DNA of 17,629 bases, from positions 1 to 17,629 of the forward strand of contig JACPCX010000024.1 of NCBI GenBank assembly GCA_016184305.1, read 5' to 3'. The notes under the pieces are model-generated. The model saw only the letters and a list, made by a program, of their open reading frames with translations. It was not told the DNA's origin and searched no databases. This stretch comes from Candidatus Rokuibacteriota bacterium (GTDB lineage Bacteria; Methylomirabilota; Methylomirabilia; Rokubacteriales; CSP1-6). The translations under genes were made by a program, and so were the position numbers. Shown here one piece after another: positions 1-11,111 of the stretch. Numbering within the stretch: position 1 is the first letter of the stretch; each line of letters opens with the position of its first letter.

Positions 1-641
1 ACGGGGATGTACAGGGCGCAGTAGTCTCCCAGCATGACGCGGGCCGGCTCGTACTTCCACCATCCGGCGCGGAACGCGAAGTACTCGTAGAAACCCACCG
101 TCACGCCGGCGCCTGTCGCGCAGAGCAGCGAGGCCGCCAGCGCTGCCGCCCGCGTGCCCCACGCCGCGCGCCAGAGGCCGTAGAGCCGCACGGCCGGGTA
201 CCCGATCTCGACGATCACGCATGCCCAGGCCAGCGGCATCCACACCGGAGAGCCGAGGAGCACCACGTCGTTCCCGGTAAGGTAGACGAGCCGCCCCGCG
301 GAGACCCAGTGGATCAGCCCCCAGTCGACGAGGAGCTCGAAGGCGCCGGCGACGATCCCGAGCGCGAACAGCCGAGACAGCGTCTCTCCGCCCCGGCGGC
401 GCAGCACATCCCCGGCCGAGAGGTAGCACGCGGCGCGGATGAACAGGCCGGCGTAAGCCCAGAACTTGCCCGACGGGGAGGCCGGATACGGAAAGAAGAC
501 GGCGGCGATGAGGGTGAAGGCCAGGCCGGTAACCGTTCCGAGCAGCCACAGACCGTCCGAGGCCCCGCTGAGCTCGCCGAGGCGCGCGGTGAAACCCGAG
601 CGCTCGAGCGCCGCGGGTTCAGAAGACCGGGCGCTCGACAT
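1..641 (-). CDS. Multi-pass membrane protein of unknown function (3' end beyond the window edge)
   Basis: Not in the ORF track; translated by hand. ATG at 641-639 overlaps the hcmA end by 23 nt, and the frame is open to position 1: MSSARSSEPAALERSGFTARLGELSGASDGLWLLGTVTGLAFTLIAAVFFPYP...LFALGIVAGAFELLVDWGLIHWV...SPVWMPLAWACVIVEIGY...GFYEYFAFRAGWWKYEPARVMLGDYCALYIP. Several hydrophobic segments and GC-rich third positions. Confidence 0.8.
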   Translation of the reverse strand, partial: MSSARSSEPAALERSGFTARLGELSGASDGLWLLGTVTGLAFTLIAAVFFPYPASPSGKFWAYAGLFIRAACYLSAGDVLRRRGGETLSRLFALGIVAGAFELLVDWGLIHWVSAGRLVYLTGNDVVLLGSPVWMPLAWACVIVEIGYPAVRLYGLWRAAWGTRAAALAASLLCATGAGVTVGFYEYFAFRAGWWKYEPARVMLGDYCALYIP

Positions 642-2325
642 AGGAGCCGAAGAGCTGGCGGAGCCGCGCCACGATCTCGCCGAGCGAGGCCCGGGCCTCG
701 ACCAGCTCGATGGTGACGGGCATGAGGTTGACCGCGGGGTCGCGCGCCTCCCGCTCGAGCCGGTCCAGCAGGAGGGCGACGCGGGCGCCGTCGCGGCGCT
801 CGCGCGCCTGCCGGAGGCGCTGGATCTGGCGCGCTTCGACGGCCGCGTCCACCTTGTGGATGGGCACGGGCACGGGCTGCGGCGGCTCCACGTGCATGTT
901 CACGCCGATGAGCGGCTGCTCTCCCGTGCCGCGCTGCCGGGCCGTGGCATAGGCCGAGTCCGCGATCTCCCGCTGGAAGTAGCCTTCCTCGATGGCCTTG
1001 ATCGTCCCGCCCATGGCGTCCACCTTCGCCAGGATCTCGAAGACGCGCGCCTCGATGTCGCGGGTGAGCGCCTCCACGTAGTACGAGCCGCCCAGGGGGT
1101 CGATGACGTTCGGGATCCGCGTCTCGTGGGCAAGGATCTGCTGGGTGCGGAGCGCCACCTTCATGGCCTCCTCCGACGGGATCGCGTAGGCCTCGTCGAG
1201 GCCGTTGGTGTGCAGCGACTGGGCGCCGCCCAGCACCGCGGAGAGCGCCTGGAGCGCGGTGCGCACGATATTGTTCATGGGCTGGGCCCGGGTGAGCGTG
1301 GCCGCGGCCGTCTGGCAGTGGAAGCGAAGCCGCATGGACGCAGGCTCTTGCGCGCCGAAGCGCTCCTTCATGATCCGCGCGTAGATGCGGCGCGCCGCGC
1401 GGAACTTGGCGACTTCCTCGAAGAAGTCGGCCTGGGCCACGAAGTAGAAGGCCAGCCGCGGCGCGAAGCGGTCCACGGGCACCCCCGCGCGGGTGACCTC
1501 CTCCACGTAGGCGATGGCATTCGCCATGGTGAAGGCCACCTCCTGGACGGACGTCGCGCCCGCCTCGGAGATGTGGTAGCCGCTGATGTTGATGGGGTTG
1601 TAGCGGGCCATGTGTCCGGCGCAGTAGACGATCATGTCGCGCATGATCCGCATGGAGGGGCGGATCGGGAAGATCCACTCCTTCTGCGCGATGTACTCCT
1701 TCAGGATGTCGGCCTGGACGGTGCCCGACAGCGCGTCGAGGCTGTTCCCCCGCGAGCGGGCCAGCGCCACGTACATGGCCAGCAGGATCCACGCCGTGGG
1801 GTTGATGGTCATGGAGACGGAGATGCGTTCGAGGTCGATGTCCGCGAAGAGCGCCTCCATGTCGTCGAGCGTGTCCACGGCCACGCCCTCGCGTCCCACC
1901 TCGCCGAGCGAGCGCGGGTCGTCGGAGTCGTAGCCCATGAGCGTCGGCATGTCGAAGTCCACCGACAGCCCCGTCTGTCCCTGCTCGATCAGGTAGCGGA
2001 AGCGCCCGTTGGTGTCCTCCCCCGTGCCGAAGCCCGCGATCTGCCGCATCGTCCAGAGGCGCCCCCGGTACATGGTGGGGTAGGGGCCGCGGGTGAACGG
2101 GTACCGGCCGGGCAGCCCGATGTCCTCGAGGGCGGTGTCCTCGAGGTCCTCCGGCGTGTAGACGCGCTGCACGGGAAGCCCCGAGCCCGTGCGGGAGTCC
2201 GGCCGGGACTCCGGCTGGCGCTCCGTGAAGGCCCGCAGCTCGTCCGCTTCCCACGCTTCTCGAAGCGCCCGGGCGCGGGCGATGCGGTCGCGATCGAACA
2301 GGGGCATGCGCTCGTCGGTGCTCAC
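619..2325 (-). CDS. hcmA: B12-dependent acyl-CoA mutase large (substrate-binding) subunit, 2-hydroxyisobutyryl-CoA mutase type
   Basis: 568 aa with MCM-family motifs PFTRGPYPTMY, WTMRQIAGFG, GEVGREGVA, NISGYHISEAG, LGGAQSLHTNG and DPLGGSYYVE, and no B12-binding domain. Ile96 (RQIAGF), Asp123 and Gln214 match the HcmA signature Ile90/Asp117/Gln208 with a constant +6 offset. GTG start with GGGAGG RBS at about 2340-2335. Confidence 0.9.
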   Translation of the reverse strand: MSTDERMPLFDRDRIARARALREAWEADELRAFTERQPESRPDSRTGSGLPVQRVYTPEDLEDTALEDIGLPGRYPFTRGPYPTMYRGRLWTMRQIAGFGTGEDTNGRFRYLIEQGQTGLSVDFDMPTLMGYDSDDPRSLGEVGREGVAVDTLDDMEALFADIDLERISVSMTINPTAWILLAMYVALARSRGNSLDALSGTVQADILKEYIAQKEWIFPIRPSMRIMRDMIVYCAGHMARYNPINISGYHISEAGATSVQEVAFTMANAIAYVEEVTRAGVPVDRFAPRLAFYFVAQADFFEEVAKFRAARRIYARIMKERFGAQEPASMRLRFHCQTAAATLTRAQPMNNIVRTALQALSAVLGGAQSLHTNGLDEAYAIPSEEAMKVALRTQQILAHETRIPNVIDPLGGSYYVEALTRDIEARVFEILAKVDAMGGTIKAIEEGYFQREIADSAYATARQRGTGEQPLIGVNMHVEPPQPVPVPIHKVDAAVEARQIQRLRQARERRDGARVALLLDRLEREARDPAVNLMPVTIELVEARASLGEIVARLRQLFGSYVERPVF

Positions 2326-2343
2326 GGCGTGTTCCCTCCCATC

Positions 2344-2538
2344 TCAAGCGTAGCGCACCTGCGCGCTCAGCTTGGCGAGGATCAGCTCGTTGCGCGCGGC
2401 CGGGTCGGCGCACTCGATCCCGGGCAGCCAGTACTCGTCCCCGGGATCCGGGCGCCATGCGGGATCGTCGCGGGGGGGCCAGACCGTCCAGTCGGCGCCG
2501 GGGGCCTTGAAGATGGTCTCGAGGTTCAGCTGTGTCAC
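2344..2538 (-). pseudogene. hcl: N-terminal 64-aa stub of a phenylacetate-CoA-ligase-family acyl-CoA ligase (hcl-like)
   Basis: GTG start overlaps the hcmB stop (GTGA). [64 protein letters not shown] resembles, from memory, the N-terminus of 2-HIBA-CoA ligase (W..P...D....P....YW.P..E....A.R...IL..L.....YAW). It stops at TGA where a Trp codon is expected, 18 nt before hcmA, in the position hcl occupies in hcmB-hcl-hcmA clusters. Confidence 0.75.
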
Positions 2539-2948
2539 CGGGGAGGGCGGGTGGCGACGAGGGCGCGGAGGCTGGCGACGAGGGCGTCGGGGGGCGTGTC
2601 CTGCTGGATCAGCTCGGCGACCCCCAGGGCCTTGAGGGGCGCGACGTCCTCGTCCGGGATCACGCCGCCGCCGACGAGAAGCATGTCCTCCACGCCGGCG
2701 TCCCGCATGAGGTCGAGCACCCGCGGGAAGATGGTCATGTGCGCCCCCGACAGGATGCTGATGCCGACGATGTCCACGTCTTCCTGGACCGCGGCGGCCA
2801 CCACTTCCTCTGGCGTCCGGTGAAGCCCCGTGTAGATCACGTCCATGCCGGCATCGCGGAGCGCGCGCGCCACCACCCTGGCGCCGCGGTCGTGACCGTC
2901 GAGGCCGACTTTGGCGATGAGCACGCGGATCGGCTTGCCGGAGATCAT
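2535..2948 (-). CDS. hcmB: Cobalamin-binding small subunit of acyl-CoA mutase (HcmB type)
   Basis: 137 aa with the base-off/His-on motif GLDGHDRG (DxHxxG), SILSGAH and [10 protein letters not shown]-terminal QDTPP is typical of HcmB. GGAGAG RBS upstream. Confidence 0.9.
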   Translation of the reverse strand: MISGKPIRVLIAKVGLDGHDRGARVVARALRDAGMDVIYTGLHRTPEEVVAAAVQEDVDIVGISILSGAHMTIFPRVLDLMRDAGVEDMLLVGGGVIPDEDVAPLKALGVAELIQQDTPPDALVASLRALVATRPPR

Positions 2949-2961
2949 GATGGGCTCTCCG

Positions 2962-2991
2962 AGGGTAGAGGAACGGGGAAAGGCCCGTCAA
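2962..2991 (-). promoter_or_regulatory. Putative sigma-70 promoter of the hcm operon
   Basis: Minus strand TTGACG (2991-2986), 18-nt spacer, TACCCT (2967-2962), ending 13 nt before the hcmB ATG. Confidence 0.55.
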
Positions 2992-3061
2992 GGGCTACAT
3001 CGGGAGCGAACGGGAGCCGCGTGGCAGAACCCGGGTCCGCCCGGGTGCCGGGCCGGGCCGG

Positions 3062-6169
<3,108 letters not shown>

Positions 6170-6310
6170 GCTGCTGGCCTTTCCTGGGTCACGAGCCCCC
6201 CCACGCGGCCCGAGATGCTGGAGGAGGACAGATCGCATTGTGCGCCCGCGGCCTTCCCCGTGTCGAGATTTGCTAACGCGCTCGCCCGGCTGTTCACGTG
6301 CCTGGAGAGA

Positions 6311-6327
6311 TGCGAACTTCATGCCTG
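6311..6327 (-). promoter_or_regulatory. Putative sigma-54 (-24/-12) promoter for the hybrid kinase
   Basis: Minus strand CAGGCATGAAGTTCGCA has GG-N10-GC spacing and resembles TGGCACG-N4-TTGC. Confidence 0.5.
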
Positions 6328-6364
6328 CCCGTGACAGCCCTCGTCTCGGGAGAGCAATCAGTAA

Positions 6365-6377
6365 AATCAAAAGCTTG
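6365..6377. promoter_or_regulatory. IHF-like binding site
   Basis: AATCAAAAGCTTG exactly fits WATCAANNNNTTR. It lies in an AT-rich patch about 40 nt upstream of the sigma-54-like site. Confidence 0.5.
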
Positions 6378-6601
6378 CATCATGCCTGGGGCTGGCTTCC
6401 CCGAGGCCCATCCGCTGAACCTGGGTGAAGGCTGACAATTTTGGTCGGTTGGGCCTTGGCCGCGCCGCGGGCGGCTTTCGGGGCATACCGGGACCCATCA
6501 GAAGTACCGCGAGGACGAGACCTGGGGGCAGATCCAGGCGGTGGCGGCCAAGTTCGGCGTCGGCTAGCCCCGGGAGGGAAGGGCGCGACGGCCCGCGGCC
6601 G

Positions 6602-7417
6602 TCAATTCGGGAACAGCCGCTCCGCGTTCTTCCAGGCCAGCGCTTCGGCGACGCCCTGCGGGAGCTGGCCCAGGAAGCGCCTCACATCGTCCACCGACTC
6701 CGGCAGCGCCTCCCAGCGCGAGGTCACCCAGGTGTCGGTGCCCACCATGAAGCGATCCGGATGGCGGAGGAAGAGCGCCCGCCACGCCGGATCCAGCACG
6801 CCTCCCGGCGCCACATCGCTGTTCCTGAGCGCGAGCTCCACCGAGAGGCTCGGATAGCGGTCCAGCAGCGCGCCCACGGCCTCGGGCCCCGCGGACATGC
6901 CGGCATGCGCCCACAGGATGCGCAGCCGCGGCTCCAGCGCGAAGAGCGCCACGACGGCCGCCTCGTCGGAGTGGGCGTGGAGCGGAAGCCCCCGGCCCAC
7001 CGCCAGCGCGGCGATCTTCCGCATGACCGGCGTGTCGATGTCCCCGCCGTGGAGATGGAACTCGCCGATTCCGCGGTGCACCCCCAGCGCGAGCCGCGAT
7101 TCGAGGTAGGCCACCATGGACTGGTCTTTCCACCACCCGGCCATGTCCTCGCGCGTCCGGTACGGCCGCAGGATCGGGACGATGCGCGCGGGGTCCTTCC
7201 GGTGGAGCCTGAGCGTGCCCTCGTCGGGGGTACTCGAGACCAGCGCCCGCGTGACGCCCGCCCGGTCGAGGATGCCGAGGATGCGCTCCTCGGGATACTT
7301 CCCCCAGTCGGGCGCGCTGTAGTGGATGTGCGTGTCGAAGATCGGCAGGGCCGGCTGGGCCTTGAGCGCGCTCGCCCAGAGGAGCAGGACGACGCCGGCC
7401 GCGAAGAGGCTTCTCAT
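6602..7417 (-). CDS. Secreted metal-dependent amidohydrolase (TIM barrel, Amidohydro_2/TatD-like)
   Basis: 271 aa with signal peptide MRSLFAAGVVLLLWASALKA. Metal-ligand motifs FDTHIHY (HxH), GIGEFH, LHAHSD, WAHAG and GTD. Confidence 0.85.
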   Translation of the reverse strand: MRSLFAAGVVLLLWASALKAQPALPIFDTHIHYSAPDWGKYPEERILGILDRAGVTRALVSSTPDEGTLRLHRKDPARIVPILRPYRTREDMAGWWKDQSMVAYLESRLALGVHRGIGEFHLHGGDIDTPVMRKIAALAVGRGLPLHAHSDEAAVVALFALEPRLRILWAHAGMSAGPEAVGALLDRYPSLSVELALRNSDVAPGGVLDPAWRALFLRHPDRFMVGTDTWVTSRWEALPESVDDVRRFLGQLPQGVAEALAWKNAERLFPN

Positions 7418-7478
7418 CGCCGGTCACGATACCACACGTGTTGCAGAGCCCGCGCCGCTCATCTACGATCGGGGCCAT

Positions 7479-7847
7479 ATGGGATGGGTCGTTCTGCCGC
7501 TCGCGCTGCTCTGGAGCCTCGTCGGCGCTCCCGCCGTCCTGGCCCAGACGCCGCGGCCCGGCGGCGCGCTCCCGGATCCCATCGAGCACTCGCGCGCCCT
7601 GTCGCTGCGCCCGCTGCCCGCGCTGCCCCCGGCCGCGCCGCCCGCCGAGCGCGTGGTGTCCGAGCGCCGGTTGCGTCTGCCGGAGACGGGGCAGGAGGTG
7701 GTGATCCCGGCCCACACCGAGCGCCGCCTCTCCGACACGCAGGTGCTCGTGCCGCCGCTCGCGGGGTTCCCCACGGGGGGCGGCCCCGGCGTCGTCCACT
7801 TCCCCGGCGGCGAGCGCCTGCCCGCCGACCTGCGCCAGGGGCCCTGA
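7479..7847 (+). CDS. Hypothetical secreted Pro-rich protein (122 aa)
   Basis: Starting at ATG 7479 gives signal peptide MGWVVLPLALLWSLVGAPAVLA|QTP. Divergent from the amidohydrolase, with TTGCAG-17nt-TACGAT (7441-7469) directly upstream. Confidence 0.7.
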   Translation: MGWVVLPLALLWSLVGAPAVLAQTPRPGGALPDPIEHSRALSLRPLPALPPAAPPAERVVSERRLRLPETGQEVVIPAHTERRLSDTQVLVPPLAGFPTGGGPGVVHFPGGERLPADLRQGP

Positions 7848-7859
7848 GGGAGACGCTCG

Positions 7860-8081
7860 ATGCTCGAAGCCGTCGGAATGAACGAGATCAACAAGGTCTT
7901 TGCCGTCACCGACGCTCTCGGGATCCATCGTGAGAGGATCGTCATCCCCCTGGGAACGGGCAAGGGCCGGGTGCGCAGGCTCCTCAACGGCAAGGTCGAG
8001 ATCGTCGTGGACGCCGAGACGCCCATCGACGAGTGGCTCCAGGGCCTGCCGGACCTGATCAAGGCCGTCGAGTCCCCGTGA
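7860..8081 (+). CDS. Small hypothetical protein (73 aa)
   Basis: GAGGGAG RBS before the ATG, globular-looking sequence with typical codon usage, and stop overlapping the next start (GTGA at 8078-8081). Confidence 0.75.
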   Translation: MLEAVGMNEINKVFAVTDALGIHRERIVIPLGTGKGRVRRLLNGKVEIVVDAETPIDEWLQGLPDLIKAVESP

Positions 8082-8768
8082 GCGGCGGGCTCCGCCGGGA
8101 GCTCGGCCTCGTCTCCCTCCTGGCCGTCGTCTTCTTCAATGTGAGCGGCGGTCCCTACGGGATCGAGGATGCGGTGGCATCCTTCGGTCCTGGGCTCGCC
8201 CTCCTGCTCCTGATGGTGACACCGCTGGTCTGGAGCCTGCCCGTCTCGCTGGCCATGTCCGAGATGGCCGGGGCGCTCCCCGCCGAGGGCGGCTACGTCA
8301 CCTGGGTGCGGCGCGCCTTCGGCCCCTTCTGGGGCTTCCAGGTCGGCTGGTGGTCCTGGCTCAACTCGTTCGTGGACGTGGCGGTATATCCCGCGCTCTT
8401 CGCCGACTACCTGCGCTTCTGGTGGCCCGGCATGTCGGCCCCCGCGCGCTGGGCGCTCGCGCTCGGCTTCATCCAAGGAGCTCATCGTCCTGAACATGTG
8501 GCTCCACTCGCTGGCGCTCCTGCTGGAAGTCGCCGCCTTCGTCGCGCTCCGGCTGGGCGAGCCCGATCTGGCGCGGCCGTGGCGCGTCAGCGGGGGCCGC
8601 GCGGGCATGTGGCTGACGGCGGCGCTTCCCGCGGCGGTGAGCCTGCTGGCCATGGCGACGGCCGACTGGCTCAACACGGCAATCGGCGTGGCCGCGGCAC
8701 TCACGGGCCCCGCGGCGTACGCGTGGTGGGGGCGAGCGTGGCGATCGCCAGGCCGAGGGCGGCTCTGA
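8078..8768 (+). pseudogene. APC-superfamily amino acid/polyamine permease with a large internal deletion and frameshift
   Basis: 8078-8473 encodes TM1-3 (LRRELGLVSLLAVVFFNVSGGPYGIE, EMAGALPAEGGYVTWVRRAFGPFWGFQVGW). After C8474, a different frame (8475-8768) gives the C-terminal APC motif KELIVLNMWLHSLALLLEVAAFVALRLGEPDLARPWRV. The total of about 229 aa is roughly half a normal APC permease. Confidence 0.8.
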
Positions 8769-9579
8769 CGGGCGCTGCCGCCGGCGGGCGGGGCGCGATG
8801 CGCAGGCCCTGCCGCCGCGCCGCGCGCCAGACGCCGGCGCGGAAGGCCGCGTCGTCCATGAGGCGCCCGGCCCAGCTCACACGGACGGGCGGCCTGAGCC
8901 GCGCCCGACGCGCGGCCTCGTGAAGGAGCCTCGCGAGTTCGCGCTGAGCCTGCGCCACCACGTGGCGGGCCTGGCTGTCGCCGCCGCGGGCCCGGCGAAG
9001 CACGGCGGGGGCCAGCGCGGCGATGCCCCTCACCGCATCGGGCGCGCCGAGGAGCCGTCGCAGCCGGGGCCGGCTTGCCTCACCGGCTATGGCCCTGAGC
9101 CACTGGCGCCCGATCCAGAACGCCGAGCCCTCGTCGCCCAGGAGCGGACCGAGCCCGCCGGCGCGCCGCCAGCCTCCGCGCACGTCGCGGCCGAGCGCGA
9201 TGGAGCCGGTGCCGGCGAGCAGGAGGACCCCCGCCCCCTCGCCCAGCGCGCCGCGATACGCCGCCTCGACATCGGAGATGGCGCGGATCCGGCGAGCCAG
9301 CCCGCGCAGCCCGTGCTCGGCCGCGCGGCGCTCGGCGGCCGTCCACACGCCGCGCGAGGCCACGACGAGGGCGCCGATCTCATCCGGCGCGATCCGCCAC
9401 CGGCGGAGCAGGCGCGCGAGCGGCCGCTCGAGGTCGGGGACGCGGCTCGCGGGCCGCCGGGCGGCGCGCTCCTCTCCCGCGCGGCTTGCGGCCAGCACGC
9501 GTACCCAGGTGCCGCCGCGGTCCACCGCCACTGCCCACGAGCCGGCGCGATCCGCTGATCGACGGGCGGGAGGCGTCAC
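8701..9579 (-). CDS. BadF/BadG/BcrA/BcrD-family sugar kinase (N-acetylglucosamine/N-acetylmuramate kinase-like)
   Basis: ASKHA motifs VAVDRGGTW, ISDVEAAYRGAL, LLLAGTGSIA and GGLGPLLGDEGSAFWIG. Start taken as GTG 9579, 7 nt after a TACAAT box. Its 3' end overlaps the convergent APC gene by 68 nt. Confidence 0.85.
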   Translation of the reverse strand: MTPPARRSADRAGSWAVAVDRGGTWVRVLAASRAGEERAARRPASRVPDLERPLARLLRRWRIAPDEIGALVVASRGVWTAAERRAAEHGLRGLARRIRAISDVEAAYRGALGEGAGVLLLAGTGSIALGRDVRGGWRRAGGLGPLLGDEGSAFWIGRQWLRAIAGEASRPRLRRLLGAPDAVRGIAALAPAVLRRARGGDSQARHVVAQAQRELARLLHEAARRARLRPPVRVSWAGRLMDDAAFRAGVWRAARRQGLRIAPRPPAAAPVRAALGLAIATLAPTTRTPRGP

Positions 9580-9644
9580 GCGGGGTATTGTACGGGGAAA
9601 ACCTTCGGAGAGCCCCGCAGCCGGGCGCATAATGCTTCACGCCC

Positions 9645-11067
9645 ATGGCGCCCTCCTCCCTCGGCGGGTCGCTCACCTGGCCCGACTACGCGGTCCTTGT
9701 GCTCTCGCTGGCCTGTCTCCTCGCCATTGGCGGAGTCTTCACCCGCCAGCAGCGGAACACCGCTGACTTCTTCCTGGCCCGGCGCCGCATCCCGTGGTGG
9801 GCCGCGTGCCTGTCCTTCCTCGCGACGGAGATCAGCGCCGTCACGATCATCTCGGTCCCCGCCACGGCCTACAGCGAGAACTGGGAGTACGCGCAGTTCT
9901 TCGTCGGCTCGAGCCTCGCCAAGTTCGCCGTGGCCGTCCTCTTCATCCCCGCCTTCTACCGCTACGACTGCGTGACGATCTACGAGTTCCTCAAGCACCG
10001 CTTCGGCGCCGCCAGCCAGGTGACGGGCTCCATCTTCTTCCGTGGGCTGGCCGCTCTGGGCGACCATCACGCTGTTCACCGCGGTGTCCATCGCCTACAT
10101 CGCCATGGGCGGCGTCAAGGCGGTGGTCTGGACCAATGTCTTCCAGGCCGGGATGTTCCTCGTGGGCGGGCTCGCCACGGTGCTCTTCCTCGCCTGGGAG
10201 GTGCAAGGCGGCCTCGGGGCGATCTTCGCCACGGCATCCGAGGCGGGACGGCTCACCGTCATCAACTGGGGGCCGGCGCCGGGCGATCCGGACTTCTGGC
10301 GGCGCGTGCTCACGGACCCGAACATCTTCTGGCTCGCCATCCTCAATGGGCTCGTGGGCTCCATGGCGGCCTTCGGCACCGATCACGACCTCATGCAGCG
10401 CCTGCTCACGGTGGAGACGCGGCGGGAGAGCCAGCGGACGCTCTCGATCACGCCGCTCGGCACCCTCGTGACGCTGGCGCTCTACCTCACGATCGGCGCG
10501 GGGCTCTACACGTACTACGTCCAGCACGCGGGGACGGCGCTGCCGCGGCCGGACGAGATCTTCCCATTCTTCATCCGGTCCGCCATGCCGGTGGTGCTGC
10601 GCGGGATGATGCTCACGGCCATCGTGCTGGCGTCCATCGACTCGCCGCTGGGCTCGCTCGCCGCCTCCTTCGTGACCGACATCTACCGGCCGCTTCTCGT
10701 CCCGGACGGGAGCGAGCGCCACTACCTGCGCGTCTCCCGGCTCGCCGTCATCGCCTTCGGCCTCGTCCTGGCGGCGCTGGCATTCGGCTTCTCCTACTTC
10801 GACAAGATCCTCTGGCTCGCCTTCAAGATCGCGGGAGTGACCTTCGGCTCGCTGCTGGGCGTCTTCCTGCTCGGGCTCTTGACCCGCGTCCGGTCGAACC
10901 GGGCCAACGTGATGGCCATGGTGATCATGGCGCTGATCAACCTCGGGCTCCTGATCCTCGCCGAGACGCGCGTGATCGCGCTGGGCTGGTCGTGGCTCGT
11001 GATCCTGGGCACGGCCGGCACCATGGCGCTGGCGGTGCTGCTCGCCCCCGCGCTCGACCGCCGCTAG
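9645..11067 (+). pseudogene. Sodium:solute symporter (SSS family), frameshifted at about 10040
   Basis: 9645-10040 encodes DFFLARRRIPWWAACLSFLATEISAVTIISVP...TIYEFLKHRFG...GSIFF. A shifted frame from 10042 gives VGWPLWATI...GGVKAVVWTNVFQA...GTDHDLMQRLLT...SIDSPLGSLAASFVTDIY. A TM segment normally following the first part (TRL..GVR-type helix) appears to be missing. Confidence 0.82.
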
Positions 11068-11111
11068 CGGCTCGCTGGAACAGGCCGCGCCGGCCGCGGT
11101 ATCATGCGGGC

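Noticed and set aside
2344..2346. TGA ending the hcl stub as recoded Trp/Sec or readthrough into hcmA
   Set aside because: The stub is in frame with hcmA, but TGA is the ordinary stop for most genes here, hcmA has its own RBS, and the rest of the ligase is absent, so deletion is the simpler explanation.
314..2823. Long ORFs 466..2823 (+) and 314..2458 (-)
   Set aside because: Antisense and alternate-frame shadows of hcmA/hcmB, expected in high-GC DNA; no recognisable motifs.
3030..3061. GC hairpins (cccggg-tccg-cccggg) after the kinase stop, and similar ones near 12130-12160 and 14340-14352
   Set aside because: No poly-U tails, and such stems are frequent by chance at this GC content; not called as terminators.
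6425..8704. ORFs 6425..7933 (+), 6564..7928 (-) and 7463..8704 (-)
   Set aside because: They overlap better-supported genes and have low-complexity Arg/Ala/Pro composition.
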